In this document: in pieces, positions 24,001 through 28,275 of the stretch
Numbering within the stretch: position 1 is the first letter of the stretch
Layout of the letters: the number at the start of each line of letters is the position of its first letter
Origin: Candidatus Omnitrophota bacterium
GTDB lineage: Bacteria; Omnitrophota; Gorgyraeia; Zapsychrales; Zapsychraceae
NCBI GenBank assembly: GCA_021108075.1
Contig: JAIORP010000090.1
Coordinates: 15,828-79,827, forward strand
Length of the DNA: 64,000 nt
Direction: 5' to 3'
The notes under the pieces: model-generated
What the model saw: only the letters and a program-made list of their open reading frames with translations
The model's database searches: none
Told to the model about the DNA's origin: nothing
Program-made: the position numbers and the translations under genes

Positions 24001-25972
24001 ACAACTTGAGGGAGTTTAACATAGCTTGCCCGAAGCGGGCCATTGTGCTGTTGGAATTTTTTATTGTTTTACCATTTAGATCCTTTGATCCCATTTGCAG
24101 GCCTTTATTTCCACCCATGTTAAAAACATTTTCGATGGCAAAAGAAATCGCTGTTTGAACCAATGCCCCTGCGGCCTGGCCAGCCCAGCCTGCAGCTATG
24201 GAGATAAGGGCATCTAATAAAATATTTTCATCTTCCGGGTCTATACCAAAAACATCTTCTTTCAAATACTTCTGGATATGGTATGTTATGTAACCGATAA
24301 CCGCTCCCTGGACTAATCCCGTAAACAGCCCGGACATCGCCTTACCCATACTACCGGTTACTGCTGCACCGGCAGCATTGGTACCTGAGGCCAATCCACT
24401 GGCAAGACCTTGCGCCCCAAAAGTCAAGGCCATATTAAGCGTGGTGGCCAAAAGCGCAGCTCCGTCTTCATCGCATTTACCATTGGCGCACGAATCTAAA
24501 TAATACAAAGTGGCGATAGAATCAGAAAAACTCGAGGCACCAAAACTTAAACTGATCGTTGAAAATAAACTGGCGGCGCTCGTTGATGAATTAAAAAGAG
24601 CACCGCCAATATAAAATGTTGCGATGGTAATGATTAATTGCAACGCGAAACCGGCTAGCAAATCGCCAGTATCATACAGACCGGGCAGGTCATCTGATCT
24701 GTCCGTATATTTTGATCCCCAAACAAAGGCCTGCAAGGAAGGCGGCACATCTTTATAGGAAATATCAAAATTTTGCTTGATATTTGACGCGAGAACAAAG
24801 CCTGTGAATATTCTTTGAAATTCGACAAAAGAAGCTTCTGTGACTTCACCAATATCAGAATACACAACTTTGTCTTCACTAATATTAGTGACCAGCACGA
24901 AATGTTCCGGTTCTAAATTCGCAATGAATGGCGTTTTCAGCTTAGCTAAGTCTGTTTTTTCTATGCGAGCAGGTGTGAGCTGTACGCCATAGGCCTTTGT
25001 AATCTCATTAATAGCGAACATTGATGTCTTTAATTTGCGATCACCAGGGCGAATAATGTCATTTGTTAAATCAACCAGAATGGCTGTAACCGCTAATTCT
25101 TCTAAGGAAACATCAATATTATTATGAAATAAATAGTCTTTCAATGTGTAAATACCACAATTGATAGGACGTATCTCAGGATCACGTATCCAATTTGTGA
25201 TGGAACGAACTGTTTCTTTTGTAAAGGTCGTGCTCGCGTCAATAAGAATTGATCTGGCTGCTGTAGCGCCTGTTGGTTCTGACAATTGTAGTTGTATTCT
25301 CGCATTATTTTTATATAAAATTTGATTGAGAAGTCTCGACACACTGGACGCAACTCTGGCTGATGTTATTTCCCCCTCAGAGGCATATGGTCCGACATCA
25401 TAAACGGCATCTTCTTTATTACTCCAAATAACGAGAGGGTTATAGTTAAACGCCCAGCTAGCCTGTTCCGGGATAAAAACGACCAAAATGGTCATCGCAA
25501 CAACTTTGAGCCATTGATCAAAACGACTTTTAAACGGTTTTTCTTTAGATCTGGACGAAATATGTCTTTCAATAAAATCATCATCAATAAAATGATGTTC
25601 ACCTTCAAATTTCTTCAATTCTTCTTCATCAAAGTCAAAAGCACCTTCATTAGAATTATCTTTCGCTAAGTGTGCTTCTGAAAGGATGCGATCATCAGGA
25701 TGTTGGGCATTTTTGATATGACTAGATAAATTATTAGCGCCGACAATGCAATCATGATCTTGTTGTTCATTTTCGTTTTGAATTATTGTGGAATTCACGG
25801 CAGGATGTTCGTTAAGATCATTTTGTGATGGGCTTTGGTGCTTATCCTCAGATTGGACATTTCCGTCCTGTCGCGCAGAGTCCGTACAGTCTTTCCGCTC
25901 TTTATTACTAGATGAACTAATATTCTGATCATCTGGGTCGGGAACACCTAAATTGTCCAATCTGTCATCCAT
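2..25972 (-). CDS. Giant protein, at least 8,657 codons with the C-terminus beyond the window edge. N-terminal C39-like (double-glycine/papain-fold) cysteine peptidase domain, then Gly/Ala-rich transmembrane segments, a coiled-coil region and ~150-aa tandem repeats at the visible C-terminal end.
   Basis: Hand translation from the ATG at 25972 gives an open frame: MDDRLDNLGVPDPDDQ...PINCGIYTLKDYLFHNN...PFIANLEPEHFVLVTNISEDKVVYSDIGEV...SFVEFQRIFTGFVLAS. This matches the C39 pattern of Cys...P.I..l...HFVVl...v.DP. The frame is also open at the other end (codons 2-100, ...ALDNQDFQKLAMKDVYVEPSVYRRDVHLKEVNR). The ORF track has no minus-strand ORF in this frame (highest coordinate = 1 mod 3) anywhere in 1-26000, and all other-frame ORFs are short. 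The track also omits the edge-truncated yidC. Both points are consistent with a single ORF running off the window. An alternative in-frame ATG lies at 25993. Coding texture is uniform on the minus strand throughout. Confidence 0.8.
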   Translation of the reverse strand, partial: MDDRLDNLGVPDPDDQNISSSSNKERKDCTDSARQDGNVQSEDKHQSPSQNDLNEHPAVNSTIIQNENEQQDHDCIVGANNLSSHIKNAQHPDDRILSEAHLAKDNSNEGAFDFDEEELKKFEGEHHFIDDDFIERHISSRSKEKPFKSRFDQWLKVVAMTILVVFIPEQASWAFNYNPLVIWSNKEDAVYDVGPYASEGEITSARVASSVSRLLNQILYKNNARIQLQLSEPTGATAARSILIDASTTFTKETVRSITNWIRDPEIRPINCGIYTLKDYLFHNNIDVSLEELAVTAILVDLTNDIIRPGDRKLKTSMFAINEITKAYGVQLTPARIEKTDLAKLKTPFIANLEPEHFVLVTNISEDKVVYSDIGEVTEASFVEFQRIFTGFVLASNIKQNFDISYKDVPPSLQAFVWGSKYTDRSDDLPGLYDTGDLLAGFALQLIITIATFYIGGALFNSSTSAASLFSTISLSFGASSFSDSIATLYYLDSCANGKCDEDGAALLATTLNMALTFGAQGLASGLASGTNAAGAAVTGSMGKAMSGLFTGLVQGAVIGYITYHIQKYLKEDVFGIDPEDENILLDALISIAAGWAGQAAGALVQTAISFAIENVFNMGGNKGLQMGSKDLNGKTIKNSNSTMARFGQAMLNSLKLCLQQFTSLDGLVQTFAPLIGALARLIADETGLADKETLISKSIGSLVSALFVAAMRQFVVEPSLQDDLIDEKKEQADLKQQLDPYKDQIANNTLGADGLDIQSQLAQTNRNIKHMESQLATISTIDIGKVLIVGLLNVLLSWGMEAYLNDRLGDRVEWTDEDGNKRKGRERDGENVEYSDLDLQFDTLASLGVMFLGSMIFSGGAMLLSDKINKDEDNNTAPSLDPNLSVDTTLEEKGVGAVLLEPLTKLLWNTGLSIGAAGGYNLFVFMNETTDPTGLTGSDAANAMDPSVYSSYLGMEVANMYEAQSSLRGWTLDKAMLLKKQRENFEEAYLEANAEKDEPLEGDELQEAMTNQWLIQIWDQIDPAMQMHRFIIGSFTAAIEGALTSVDDNPLIIGLGHVVTAVNGGPGKNRDSILARTWTDLGLPLRYMGRLTMIDEDTGEVLNQVYSSRTLQTVNKEEKAAFLALGAGEAELRDLLGESFDGKVETDDDGNKIFFSDRIKAAWKSGKAGLKALIDETAKTDDPAKLEALCAAVDNVFKNVAKLELDLKTAQAGRPDYQTFHALPELIAYGADRIIVEETDVIDEEGTENDKVIYIGGKTVIDFRGLPMELISKFGLFAAAEQIVREDGKKARLFLANYTTTDEEIADLKNQVDALEKKKEKEEIKLEKGSEAGWDDMLLVRIDKQVFELGLEINTLESKIAELEGQHGIDVEVAHANIIAGMNDEIAALKEQKEEKEEAWEKGKEAGLEDIELVRLDMEAFMIGRDIATLEARIPALQGQWLAEEKEMTAVEVGKMTKYVQKGGFKFSSGLLLPEVSETLFFGSELTYMVDYGDKSIVAHRSGDMNGDGIIAPNGEGGEGKWTYVYSRDKKNDGVYEYQIITTNFPNKEDPSMQTNSYLYGVGKPVDVFQMDGSRVSEDQFVIAQTGGSFIKIGEGGDIKVLSVFYDKKINLSGLTDTEKADFYAAVAWDKSELQKRTGSDDKKDPSLNRINGEVDDLIASRTPDDIVPKAGASPNNDGITPMESAVPKTSTIRSAMLGAMDDVSQPLNMGIDLFDRDAGKQILAYRGSRVQDEEDGDLVSWNSKMAVSSLNHEDGVQIYQSDDVNDPKNGAIIDATGLTIFKSVALAESYNVDAADFMFLDFQSATGSESEVGQTDYFDIRGGYWGAKEYIDDQLHQKTTDVKTDVKIGTLWAAAAAFETGAKDEDDSFILTRDGGGLYSVYDRTDKDALNAFATISYGKMTKDGTLVINSVGSFLELLQDSKGGASDHKLQTVARVVDIEDNVILSQSKDQLRLATTTENRLVSMNKAELLGLREEATEDAEAGTTYGLGVFLKKDGTYEDKDGNVVEGAALDAVLKKAVVKGNLGMIDFSVSRADSILEYGRDWGTGANPDVKAKNVTIRHKDGTMLYSPNGSGYGEIRHEGKVIGTTVQVKTGEGDDDISQYARATGDDKSHKVILNNTEALLAIDLGETVLAAGLNASVSVLINPHELKMEFKEGTTPTVENETGLLVKATNAALGAAADAKNGVTEAMQAENKAALQSGSEVKHTDAAIAAAGDQAFFSNLKEVDPNAVVKKDTIDLRWNTETGNMEMIVELDDTDQMKDPSQTDHLVSETGNTANVYVNPEDQKLIYPLPIGRIGISTKPSEDEVTYGDVTPESALTSIVLEDGGVILGQYVADKTQGISDPIYSIDGREGHLGYEGDPYTYGNFLGFTMTPVRRNIYAKNPKGNIHTNPQLLGGSMLVKNMMVGELYKKRYKGLVSGQINYFGKGDIVIDEKGQAYARQGTQTKERRPTFILGDSIDDSLFVPSLDAEENLKNQKVLEALALGLVATLDGNPDNMRDNSITLYTDVIGLQGADKKQDKTETIVLFRNDRTDKNVEDRTGMKLVLNAKLLDGKTKAYLIRKAIGTGDFDLIIPAGVKVLEDESQSVFWQGEGAGKRTVHLYDFMPGAAEKKDAPEGHSPVMTIANSHIKGRGDDLIFTNILNGRPKPKLEKKDAAEPEKPKDEEPPKEETLAATTTETEEKKINPLRSAYVLEGFGFKDITRLIYQTNDEAQTVLLADAELKLGTQFEDARRLKIAAGEEVDPSNLETTLAALKDGTEKLHITFAIGGESSEKGVKDRVLTPILNPLLTNTDSIAFISPEANENNPDKQVYFYTEQKSHEKAATRKELDDIMYLDRDNSQLNDVHEGRRLVEEGTLLHLDQSIKRDEIKGSGVADKNILAGIEFTQDGMQYFGAGELVKDGKYTLFGTFEVNPSSYADLPENYPGIINIEGWDAPGSIGIIELRGKRFLSERGNKFLGIQGEMIADVSLAAANKDKRDVPGKEEKETYFQQRIGRDAMRAGTSVGIAGEGPGWKRIIGKRKNEETGELEETGEYTDMALELTWGKFELPKTISLYNNIIPSELPSGRKMMIAPYEARPPKKGEQQGEGLTDTLEDGSHRLEIGMSDDSLDSAIYADLSDGGFKTSVLYLKMSGDILQSGNLVSMADNPEFAKVVVKFNSPGAKGVDMENGKRVDPAAGQIDVRNNRLTPTRRWNKAWDRWEEEGDDPSELDSNTMRKDDSGWFNQSYESKEKMLAGIWGRTHKKQIKRNLDGSPMLDASGNPVMEEVALPHFENTASYWDKTIRKRSVQPELGYGYYDDAHNIEDYFLAILPMSREDGGLGGVNVKGYGFIPMVRDDVVAQAYKDKRELAGKDEASLTPEEKATKEQANTIVENYRYSRSAFYTLSNPNAEDSDEAPKKSTIVTAEGGDHEGKRIIVAEDNLHTGRGLRWWRTKVTTKDGRTMYVNDDQIVEATKPTIASDGDEKEKEQQDLEPYDSPLEMMRARLDAVENKGEDFANIEINDLGIQFADANGDIRSYFTRSTDEVIRIFDTLAKHGYGSGARSVSAELHGLNKVAKIQAAIYIAEGVITVAEVVLALFTLGGSIGVGEGLKLGIGRLASSVAGRQGAKWAIRKASKEITEEVLESLVERAVKKYTFGKMMKIAGSSLGSRYITRRALYGALIGGGIVETLSLVNSGKLASGTELASGMLMGVIFNKGSLLFGSIGGMTGVGASEQTLLQAGKAFGKRALYSGAITLGVGNTASLAFRGKFLSLNENLALGAISLSIPLARAAGSKYATSFITKWAGNSTIASVALKTGQMAFADALVWGQFYATSTSALDSFQEVEESSRIGNLFGAYGRGFAFGAIAGASINLMGTASTQFARRGWAQATARGLAGGIAAGGYTLATAKENESGEGMSVLQKAGVAAIAGFGLGAAGSGLYRMAMSSKRLNIAQLSRSAKIYKNLVASGKKVPERIAKAAKQYNRLKLAAYVTGATMGGSIKVGTGMVSAKNSGQDYHWKVGVSDFVIGSMMGLVGAHLLTGASTMEGFGKYYDDVGALVKETTVGGLKWTMVSPMFTIGGSMWEGVTGKIELLIAGDDAELYNEIIDGKRVKGVMDVPLFLLKQEPKEGDAQYSKLMSAAGHDALVEGILTGPLDGLWMSVGFGALQTRAGTPLTKMGRVVEFLQKGTSKNPFVAKFYRDIVYMPGFVKAIEKGLHYVDRAASRFKEDIPGTSLSQKEKEVMSFAVMLATRSRGTLGEKERGNARRSKVQAEFKTKQAVEAEAELDAKTALTKSNNALKNKLLARKALRTAIAKGKSKTEISKIQAKIDAYTTEFDAARQVRDATQKNVIHTKLHRMDAEDIQVLKQEAHDASVNAQKEWKKALKLDPASAEAYSGMAVAGKLEHSILKEFGKDIGKDVSDAFQKNNAIMKNFALAAQLPVIWNKPLKNQIKQNREIYQIIPAIEQGWAHRAKAEEAFSRNDMDTTIIELENSNKAWRILAKIEGKSPRTQISIADNLISLRKTLQLRRAGIMDILAGNSTMKNANKLQSEIKKLTKKIDTIEGQIQTHLNRAVNATSQAMNKGVGGAAKLDGRVANVIRKYHTDLANERAIEHIAEGQRLAASEAPGNMKKAHSEFAKALKEMLNSEKLSPTDNNLIFLDQAINSLVLSEGQAKAQKEVRTSRLIAKIRYIAESMKVGAQGMQEVRFGDKAKGLELLAEAIGYGRRGERIKRIYAEAYKRETGGENLIVKSQEKTDAQETSSVESGKGNPKLSQGPPPTGKKGFTGRIQDLARKLTSPKGAGGDKGSDLDHGMLNSSSKKINDFVKRIASRRGSKTASPVAQKIDILSTASIIEKTIEKYLSGNNNFDVSQIKIQSRVSILRGMTGAEHSKYMELAKDGSTDGMKSLERTVGRRMKVQEASNLVVRAKSLGLDASKLADAITLLKGSALGSSQDSAALKSLKTAFTQVNEQVKLKSKGKPVKTSDAAKKKTRGQTDAFSLQEIYKILRDSGVTKEQAVAAIAYERLKWDYDASKGSSSRGDPSLMLGITQHLLQGAQTLKSMSEIDRLMDMFLVIKPVSGGKTDMTKSLLLTILKLKLNGKQPLLFTTASRQLVKQIISKLSESEKKFFTIAKGEHIGDYTKLATDKITVIDVEQYKAMTLQAKTKGLNLLEQALMVSDEFHVIVLADPTVISVGSIKELGKTLALNKSALTKATDRALMIKATAQAVFDVFKKLEKELGSKKAIDAMVEHVRDVNGHEIMEHFTLKDRSSLLDDAKGKQKNLTGRNGVSVRKEVRRAVVKAVKDAGITHRISEAEIQKAVNDSALALKSYQYARVEVKYHGKKEGHLVTPIDNSNLGEVKHKQTISDGSLNQAYLAMYEALGRDGRIKNFRGVSKFSYLGYEAHSQNNRLTDSATGKEALCQTGRVVGMTGTGPPLTPLIALGSSITQFVREIELGDMNSAVQITGLHGKSTHKALVEHVRKIIRKHTDIKGNRLIMINEINGVSRKAIEKAVNEVLAKEEILRVKAGKKIGQWRVVETGPESKNTDIIQEVKKLEKQAKKGETIVEKMILISAFKEGVSVMDRKLGTDINGKEIHAENGRAWIYDLNVGSTVRFQQAGARAGTWKGSKRMTGEYHILFDANHSMHTDANKVALRKAAASGSQDVVRMAVEKVMQQYAAHDFQRNVLTMMEGNAEVTKSQISRLISDYSSNSEREVIKNYLTTSGKKSTTLEMPNGKGVQTFEAVHDGTISVVRLENAGVKNAGAVVGALISRELIAPAQTQGPVTTAPIEGTMTQRMDSAMRAEIVATFGADADAIIGVIENPTDVKVTTIEASSDLGQVSIHELAAIKAMETFDLQQLTSVLEKVGISDAEKAASEIMRLKQEGALPLSAAKDFGVITRVVSSFTEMNTEDVVQALAGEILSQGITPEDIAAVRAISTLSQPQLETVFIDSGIEGASDLAKAIVTARTTSPMLVSEALSIDAIVSAAKEDIRPIASSKIKKALSTAVRTQTLDLNHGISLSAGEKLDVDSQVVYVTEGGKDRATHLLSYDSGQESELGEVQFSKLPIQEGGFVSIPSMSTEASVAPTAESVATTGGNITVRAIDTFKVSSNFKNNDQFLSSSHFTVDQDIPELGLSRGDRMSTNGKMRVAVISPKNNATRTTAAMHKGRMYRPERKKSGDMMVQTSSRPAESDAPLGFRVKADKRGLDTLTSLGLTDHIVQIKTDESISEDTTIFIPYIEFKNALNSKRQEQEVIISLEKYNQIIRGKKDIYKHGRRDVIRKRMFGDMRTLLGLAQADLDVEMVTIQDPLNPNSNQEVEVMKVTVRGDQAQSSANPELTGAINELNQKLETSFYFDPFTEKGAREKVSNASAAKTGDKTLTLGFNAFVSAVSDHVTSDGAGIFFHEIRHSEDRMAAKVATSEDALVGGPTRVHAYQPILDEKTRGAYGREGSNFAVGEFDAHSIDVGYRIAFAKEALEVGDTEAARSVGVGASESAQRAADLMNIVEYTHSRAVEQMDSGIAFVEVKKSKDPGKPDIVSVIVKDNKGADYYRIDQVIPKQDYENKQAKIQMARTLIQTSATQKQTERAQLDALANVADKFIDDQTALNAVTDGTNDQLVSLLSTAVQSERSYQGLEPTEATAQRIVAEIFRNAEAAQDLGDRKIYTNAVTGRSIVVDKSSGRILEFSSAPTKVIDFVALKAGKSPEIQDSRTQVMGMFRDKDVADQKTAAAEVTPQKIEREVISSLNMESDVVNISQPGSKSQENIAIEGRQIVQQAAALLGRMELAGADVSRQTALLKEIVENDDIYITTAPEKMVVSESHISSAAKGSENADLAGLNTTYQGVPVVAYVSDNNKLFISTGHQSRTMQLNIGESPETVSTAAFKVIESLSEKTYYVAPKATTDAAMLIGDMGTTSITPVLPATSMDAAMPAAILQMTPTLMTPMLAPISSSSTPTETPTLDTTMAVSSYQPATDTAYLAQGSVSLTSLLSSSLIPIQYDSLSDQQILSMISSSALNASSSCPSGNCDDPCADGSCLAKKGSSGFFGAEKSKRGFEFKVKKNTGSKKKVNNNTSTKSKRMTRKAAPTPTSKTLDTVKIARNTTTHRSSKGEVSNRMPQGKGKFSPINDKGKTVKDLTPARSGSMAKNSLSQQLPQSRAMANNNVEYNSNAFVNRAYLSNNTSIFDDDDRSVSNIASAKTTQSVIYSDPTMLSGTKDAGIIGFKQQNGRVNAIANTGASAVHFGALTLRAGQQINLDQSFTIASSNGQIRQIVPLKESGNQVVIAESIKMTVDDQKITLNTGDVVKITSDNNFRVVFDQQTLEPKAFFAMEQQTQLPAAPAQTIYNRQIDDSLILTSVGTSNIEGREVNTFSLMIKPDLLARANDQIAKRSTTMPLIETSGQADQDGFVAVKVSDKQMMVGLTASRKNLSKNISRVVKRLISKSKSAKKMSASKDKKDPVVKQQIQAARQAKIELQSMAKAAQEIGEQELVREINREIAVIDAMLAPATSATASKPEAIILADIGEQDITQAINQEFASDDLSRVQTKLALSNTGERVFSGHARQNEIIIIPKVDQIQEYLNDAGQPLSSATSQEIAKQRIMHEVMAFTQPDQTDDDLRAKMATRNALVGKTAEYSGMMQRHQAQFEMDQVARANTQVSVPQMMTLQDKQILKAGLSPQEYASSYESVTSSSQSDYAMMSSMNSMKSDFNEAIRVYNEAVEVQNISYNPEPIILAILKAERKLKKIAKEKGLKDTKAVRSKVRKLSSKMLLQGTNSVPPVIKRLGQAMSSGEYTPKSQQEKVLVQEIVKLAESQLKNLEATHGKAKVARLRQEFTASVKEIAAGVDFSPAARQVEPIAQNIAVVSSSLDKVSDSGKLPLMSMQASILIMDAANSYGSAIWGGAVTVRNTGAIIPADDYGSAITGHATTVKLYGTLAQAINDATDSMDQLKTAEAIPATELPVVVLPKPKDMTMLGQANIKGREIYVASAAGTEFKAYKVDNKTQQTSKTAIAAQEIPSGSIVLVDQRSASADNSGMQNLAIRGFVHEKVYNVSFRQPSMQMPTMMAANDYGSAIASRANIVRYATIATAINNEAKIEKQIEIADMVPSEVSSIVVLPMQEDMTMLEGMNTKRKIYVGREVNNKIIAYELNADKSLKMSPITVRQLQNSETGSIMFMAPRSVSSRNQDMQALSSRGIVHDKVINIDFKQPSMATAQNYGSAIASWTNTIQHATIAKAIYETPKLVKQIEIADMVPSEVTSIVVLPMQEDLAAIGKMGTKRKIYIARQEGNQVAAYELGADQKISQTAVPAQDIQSGSIVLVEPRSIDIRNQGIQNLASRGFIHEQVFTQSYQQPRQTRMPMMAMADDYGSAIASWTNTIQHATIAKAIYETPKLVKQIEIADMVPSEVTSIVVLPMQEDLAAIGKMGTKRKIYIARQEGNQVAAYELGADQKISQTAVPAQDIQSGSIVLVEPRSIDIRNQGIQNLASRGFIHEQVFNVSSRQPTQIRMPMIASTNDYGSALAGQSKTIRNTSIERAISLASNNSDLINTVDVVPHEMMPIAVLALREDSDIGGLAQQTADAKNRNIYVGKTEGARISLYELKADQGQVKINISIDNLPTGSIILMQPKSIALDNQDFQKLAMKDVYVEPSVYRRDVHLKEVNR
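504..1344. repeat. Intragenic tandem duplication inside the giant gene. Two copies with a 450-bp period (504-894 and 954-1344) are identical over ~391 bp. More diverged copies of the same ~150-aa unit lie at ~1-480, ~1380-1800 and ~1830-2330.
   Basis: Direct line-by-line comparison of the sequence. Track ORFs 460..693 and 910..1143 give identical peptides offset by 450 bp. The unit translates on the minus strand as ...DYGSAIASWTNTIQHATIAKAIYETPKL... Confidence 0.85.
21690..22040. repeat. Internally duplicated coiled-coil-like segment (E/K-rich) within the giant gene.
   Basis: Two similar stretches (~21700-21850 and ~21890-22040) are seen in the DNA (...atcttcaagaccagcttcttttcctttctcc... vs ...atcatcccagccagcttcacttcctttctcc...). 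The minus-strand translation is rich in E, K and L heptad-like sequence. Confidence 0.5.
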
Positions 25973-26878
25973 ATTTTTTATCGGAAAACCTAGCAACAAA
26001 CATTAAAATTAGACTTTATGATTATCTGAAAACCCGAATAAAACGTATTTACAAAAAACGTATAACCTTAAAAATTGCTAGATACCATTTACTTATAAAT
26101 TTTAGAGTAAACTGTTAGTAAAACTATGGCACTATATGGTATGCATAAAAAAAGACCACCTAGAACAGAAGGTAATCTGATTGCTTGTTTGCGATTAGGA
26201 TTTTTCTATTTATTTGTTTTTTTCCGAGCCTCACGGATTCCCTCTCATTCTTAGTTAACCGGCTAACTCCAAGCTTTTTAAGTATATCATATTATATATA
26301 TGTGACAAGGGTTATGCAATTTTTTTTTCAACTTTATGTTGTTTATTTTCAAGATGTTACAACTTTTTTTTGTAAATGGGTTTATTATATACAAAAATGG
26401 GGGCATTCTTCCGACGAAAAATTCAAAAAATGGTCTTTTTGTTCCGTTTGAAAACGTTTTCGCATTAGGCCGTATTTCTTGCTTTTGCTTTTTTTTCAAA
26501 GACTTACAAACACAGTTAAAACTAATTTTTAATTCACTCGCAACTAACAATATTTAAACAAAAAAAAAGAAACCGCTTTCCTGAGGCGACGTCTTTAGAA
26601 TATTTTATTTATTTTATTAAAAATAATAAAAGAAGCTCATACTCCAACAGATTGGACACGGAACAGACCGGACGCTCAAATTCGCCTCTGGTGCACATTT
26701 TTCTCAAATTGATACATGGATATGCTTTCGCATAATTTCGTATGCCTAAAGGGCATTTAAACGCAAAATAAGGGCAAATATACCAAGGAGACCTCGACAA
26801 TCTGTAAATCTTCAAAAACGGTTGCTTAACAATCCTCAGAAACATAATCCGCCTCAGCCAGCATTCGCCATCCCGTGA

Positions 26879-27751
26879 TCAATCAAAATATTCCGCTAAA
26901 CCCGAATCCAGCAACTGTTGATTCAAAAAATATCCATTTTTCAAGACGCGCTCTTTACTGGTCTCACCAGGAAGATAATACACATCCCCAACATACCGAC
27001 CGTAAAGATCCACCTTAAACGTTTGCACGATCAAAAAAGACACCTTATCTAAACGCTCCTGAATAAAGTGCCTGGCCTGAACAGCCTTCCTAGGTGCTAA
27101 CGCGACTCTAGATAGTTGCGGGGCATTGATTCCCCGCAACCGAATGCGTGAATCAAGCTTGACTTGAAAACCAAGGTTCAATTCAACAAAAATGGTGTCC
27201 CCATCAATGACCCTTAAAAGTTTGGCTTCATAAACATAAAGCTTGGCAGATTTTTTTTTCAGTTTGATATTACGAACAACACTGTCTGTAGCTTTTTTAA
27301 GGCGGCTGTGCTGGTAGTACTGATTCTTAATGCGATACCTCAGCTCCCTGGCATTCCAAGTATTTCTTTGCGCCTCTCTCTGATAATAATCTCTGATCTT
27401 TGAATCGTTAACGGTCATCAAATTGCGAAAATGACTCCAAGTCATGCGCGGGGCACTTTCAACTTTGTTCCGGTTCGGCCACAATTTATAAAATTTGATG
27501 ACACGGGTTAACAATGTGTATTCCATCTCCAGGGCTTGCGCCAATTTTGATAAAATAGGACCGGTAAAGGAGGATATTTTCCGTCTAAAAGCATCTTCTT
27601 CACACAATCTTTTTCCCATTTTCCAATAGCCATCAACCAAGACCGTGTTGGCTTGGATAGAAATAGTATTTTCTGTTTCTTTTTTAATATCAACAAGATC
27701 TGACAATAATTTAAAATAATCAATCTGGGGTTGTTCTCTTTTTTTAATCAT
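26879..27751 (-). CDS. DUF1016_N (YhcG-like N-terminal domain) fused to a staphylococcal-nuclease (SNase/thermonuclease)-like domain. The SNase catalytic motif is altered (GINAPQ instead of GIDAPE).
   Basis: The N-terminal half has ...TWSHFRNLMTVNDSKIRDYYQREAQRNTWNARELRYRIKNQYY, matching the WSHY...R.FY...A....WSVRELKRQI signature of DUF1016_N. The C-terminal half has VIDGDTIFVELN...IRLRGINAPQ...DLYGRYVGDVYY...LNQQLLDSGLAEYF, an SNase fold pattern. Confidence 0.6.
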   Translation of the reverse strand: MIKKREQPQIDYFKLLSDLVDIKKETENTISIQANTVLVDGYWKMGKRLCEEDAFRRKISSFTGPILSKLAQALEMEYTLLTRVIKFYKLWPNRNKVESAPRMTWSHFRNLMTVNDSKIRDYYQREAQRNTWNARELRYRIKNQYYQHSRLKKATDSVVRNIKLKKKSAKLYVYEAKLLRVIDGDTIFVELNLGFQVKLDSRIRLRGINAPQLSRVALAPRKAVQARHFIQERLDKVSFLIVQTFKVDLYGRYVGDVYYLPGETSKERVLKNGYFLNQQLLDSGLAEYFD

Positions 27752-28275
27752 TTTGTTCTCTATTTTCTAGTTAACAATAAATTGTTGTCTCAACTGTCAT
27801 TGTGGCAAATAAGACAAGATAATGATACCATCTTTTAAATCCGTTGTCAATACATCCATTTCAAAAATCTTTGGTGAAAAATCCTTTCCGAGATATCAAT
27901 GACCCATGACTCAATTTAAAGCCACGATTTCGGTAATGAAGAAACAACAAAATGACCGTAAAGGGGATGCTCTAATGGAGCCAAAAAAACGAATTATTTC
28001 AATTGCTCAATTTTGGCGTTGATACTTAAAATGATTAAAAATTTTCGAATATACCATCCATTGCCAAAATTTTCTTAAAATCTGTTGGATAAAAATGAGG
28101 ACCAAAATTCATCTCCAGCTTCCTTAAAATGAAAAAATAGGTCCTGTAAAAATATCGAAAAAGTAATCGGAATGGTTACAAAAGTTAACGCCGAAATCAC
28201 AAATTTTTGAATGGGCAGAAGAAAAAAATCGAATGGAAATTTTTATACACTTGAGAATAAAAAACTTTTATCTTC

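Noticed and set aside
1-26000. Many plus-strand ORFs of 60-261 aa (for example 8894..9679, 6176..6715, 19125..19658) and short minus-strand ORFs in the other two frames.
   Set aside because: They are antisense or off-frame to the giant minus-strand gene. Their translations are low-complexity, Cys/Arg/Ser-rich and lack protein-like composition. All listed minus ORFs fall in frames 0 or 2 mod 3, never the giant frame.
1-26000. Possibility that the missing long ORF reflects an alternative genetic code, with a stop codon reassigned.
   Set aside because: Housekeeping genes in the same window (dnaA, dnaN, gyrA, gyrB, mdh) translate cleanly in the standard code. The ORF track evidently omits ORFs truncated by the window edge, since yidC at the 3' end is also missing. 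Hand translation of both ends of the giant frame shows no stops.
26185-26845. Several short ORFs in the AT-rich region upstream of the giant gene.
   Set aside because: Homopolymer-rich, low-complexity translations (poly-F/K/N). This is more likely the promoter or UTR region of the giant gene.
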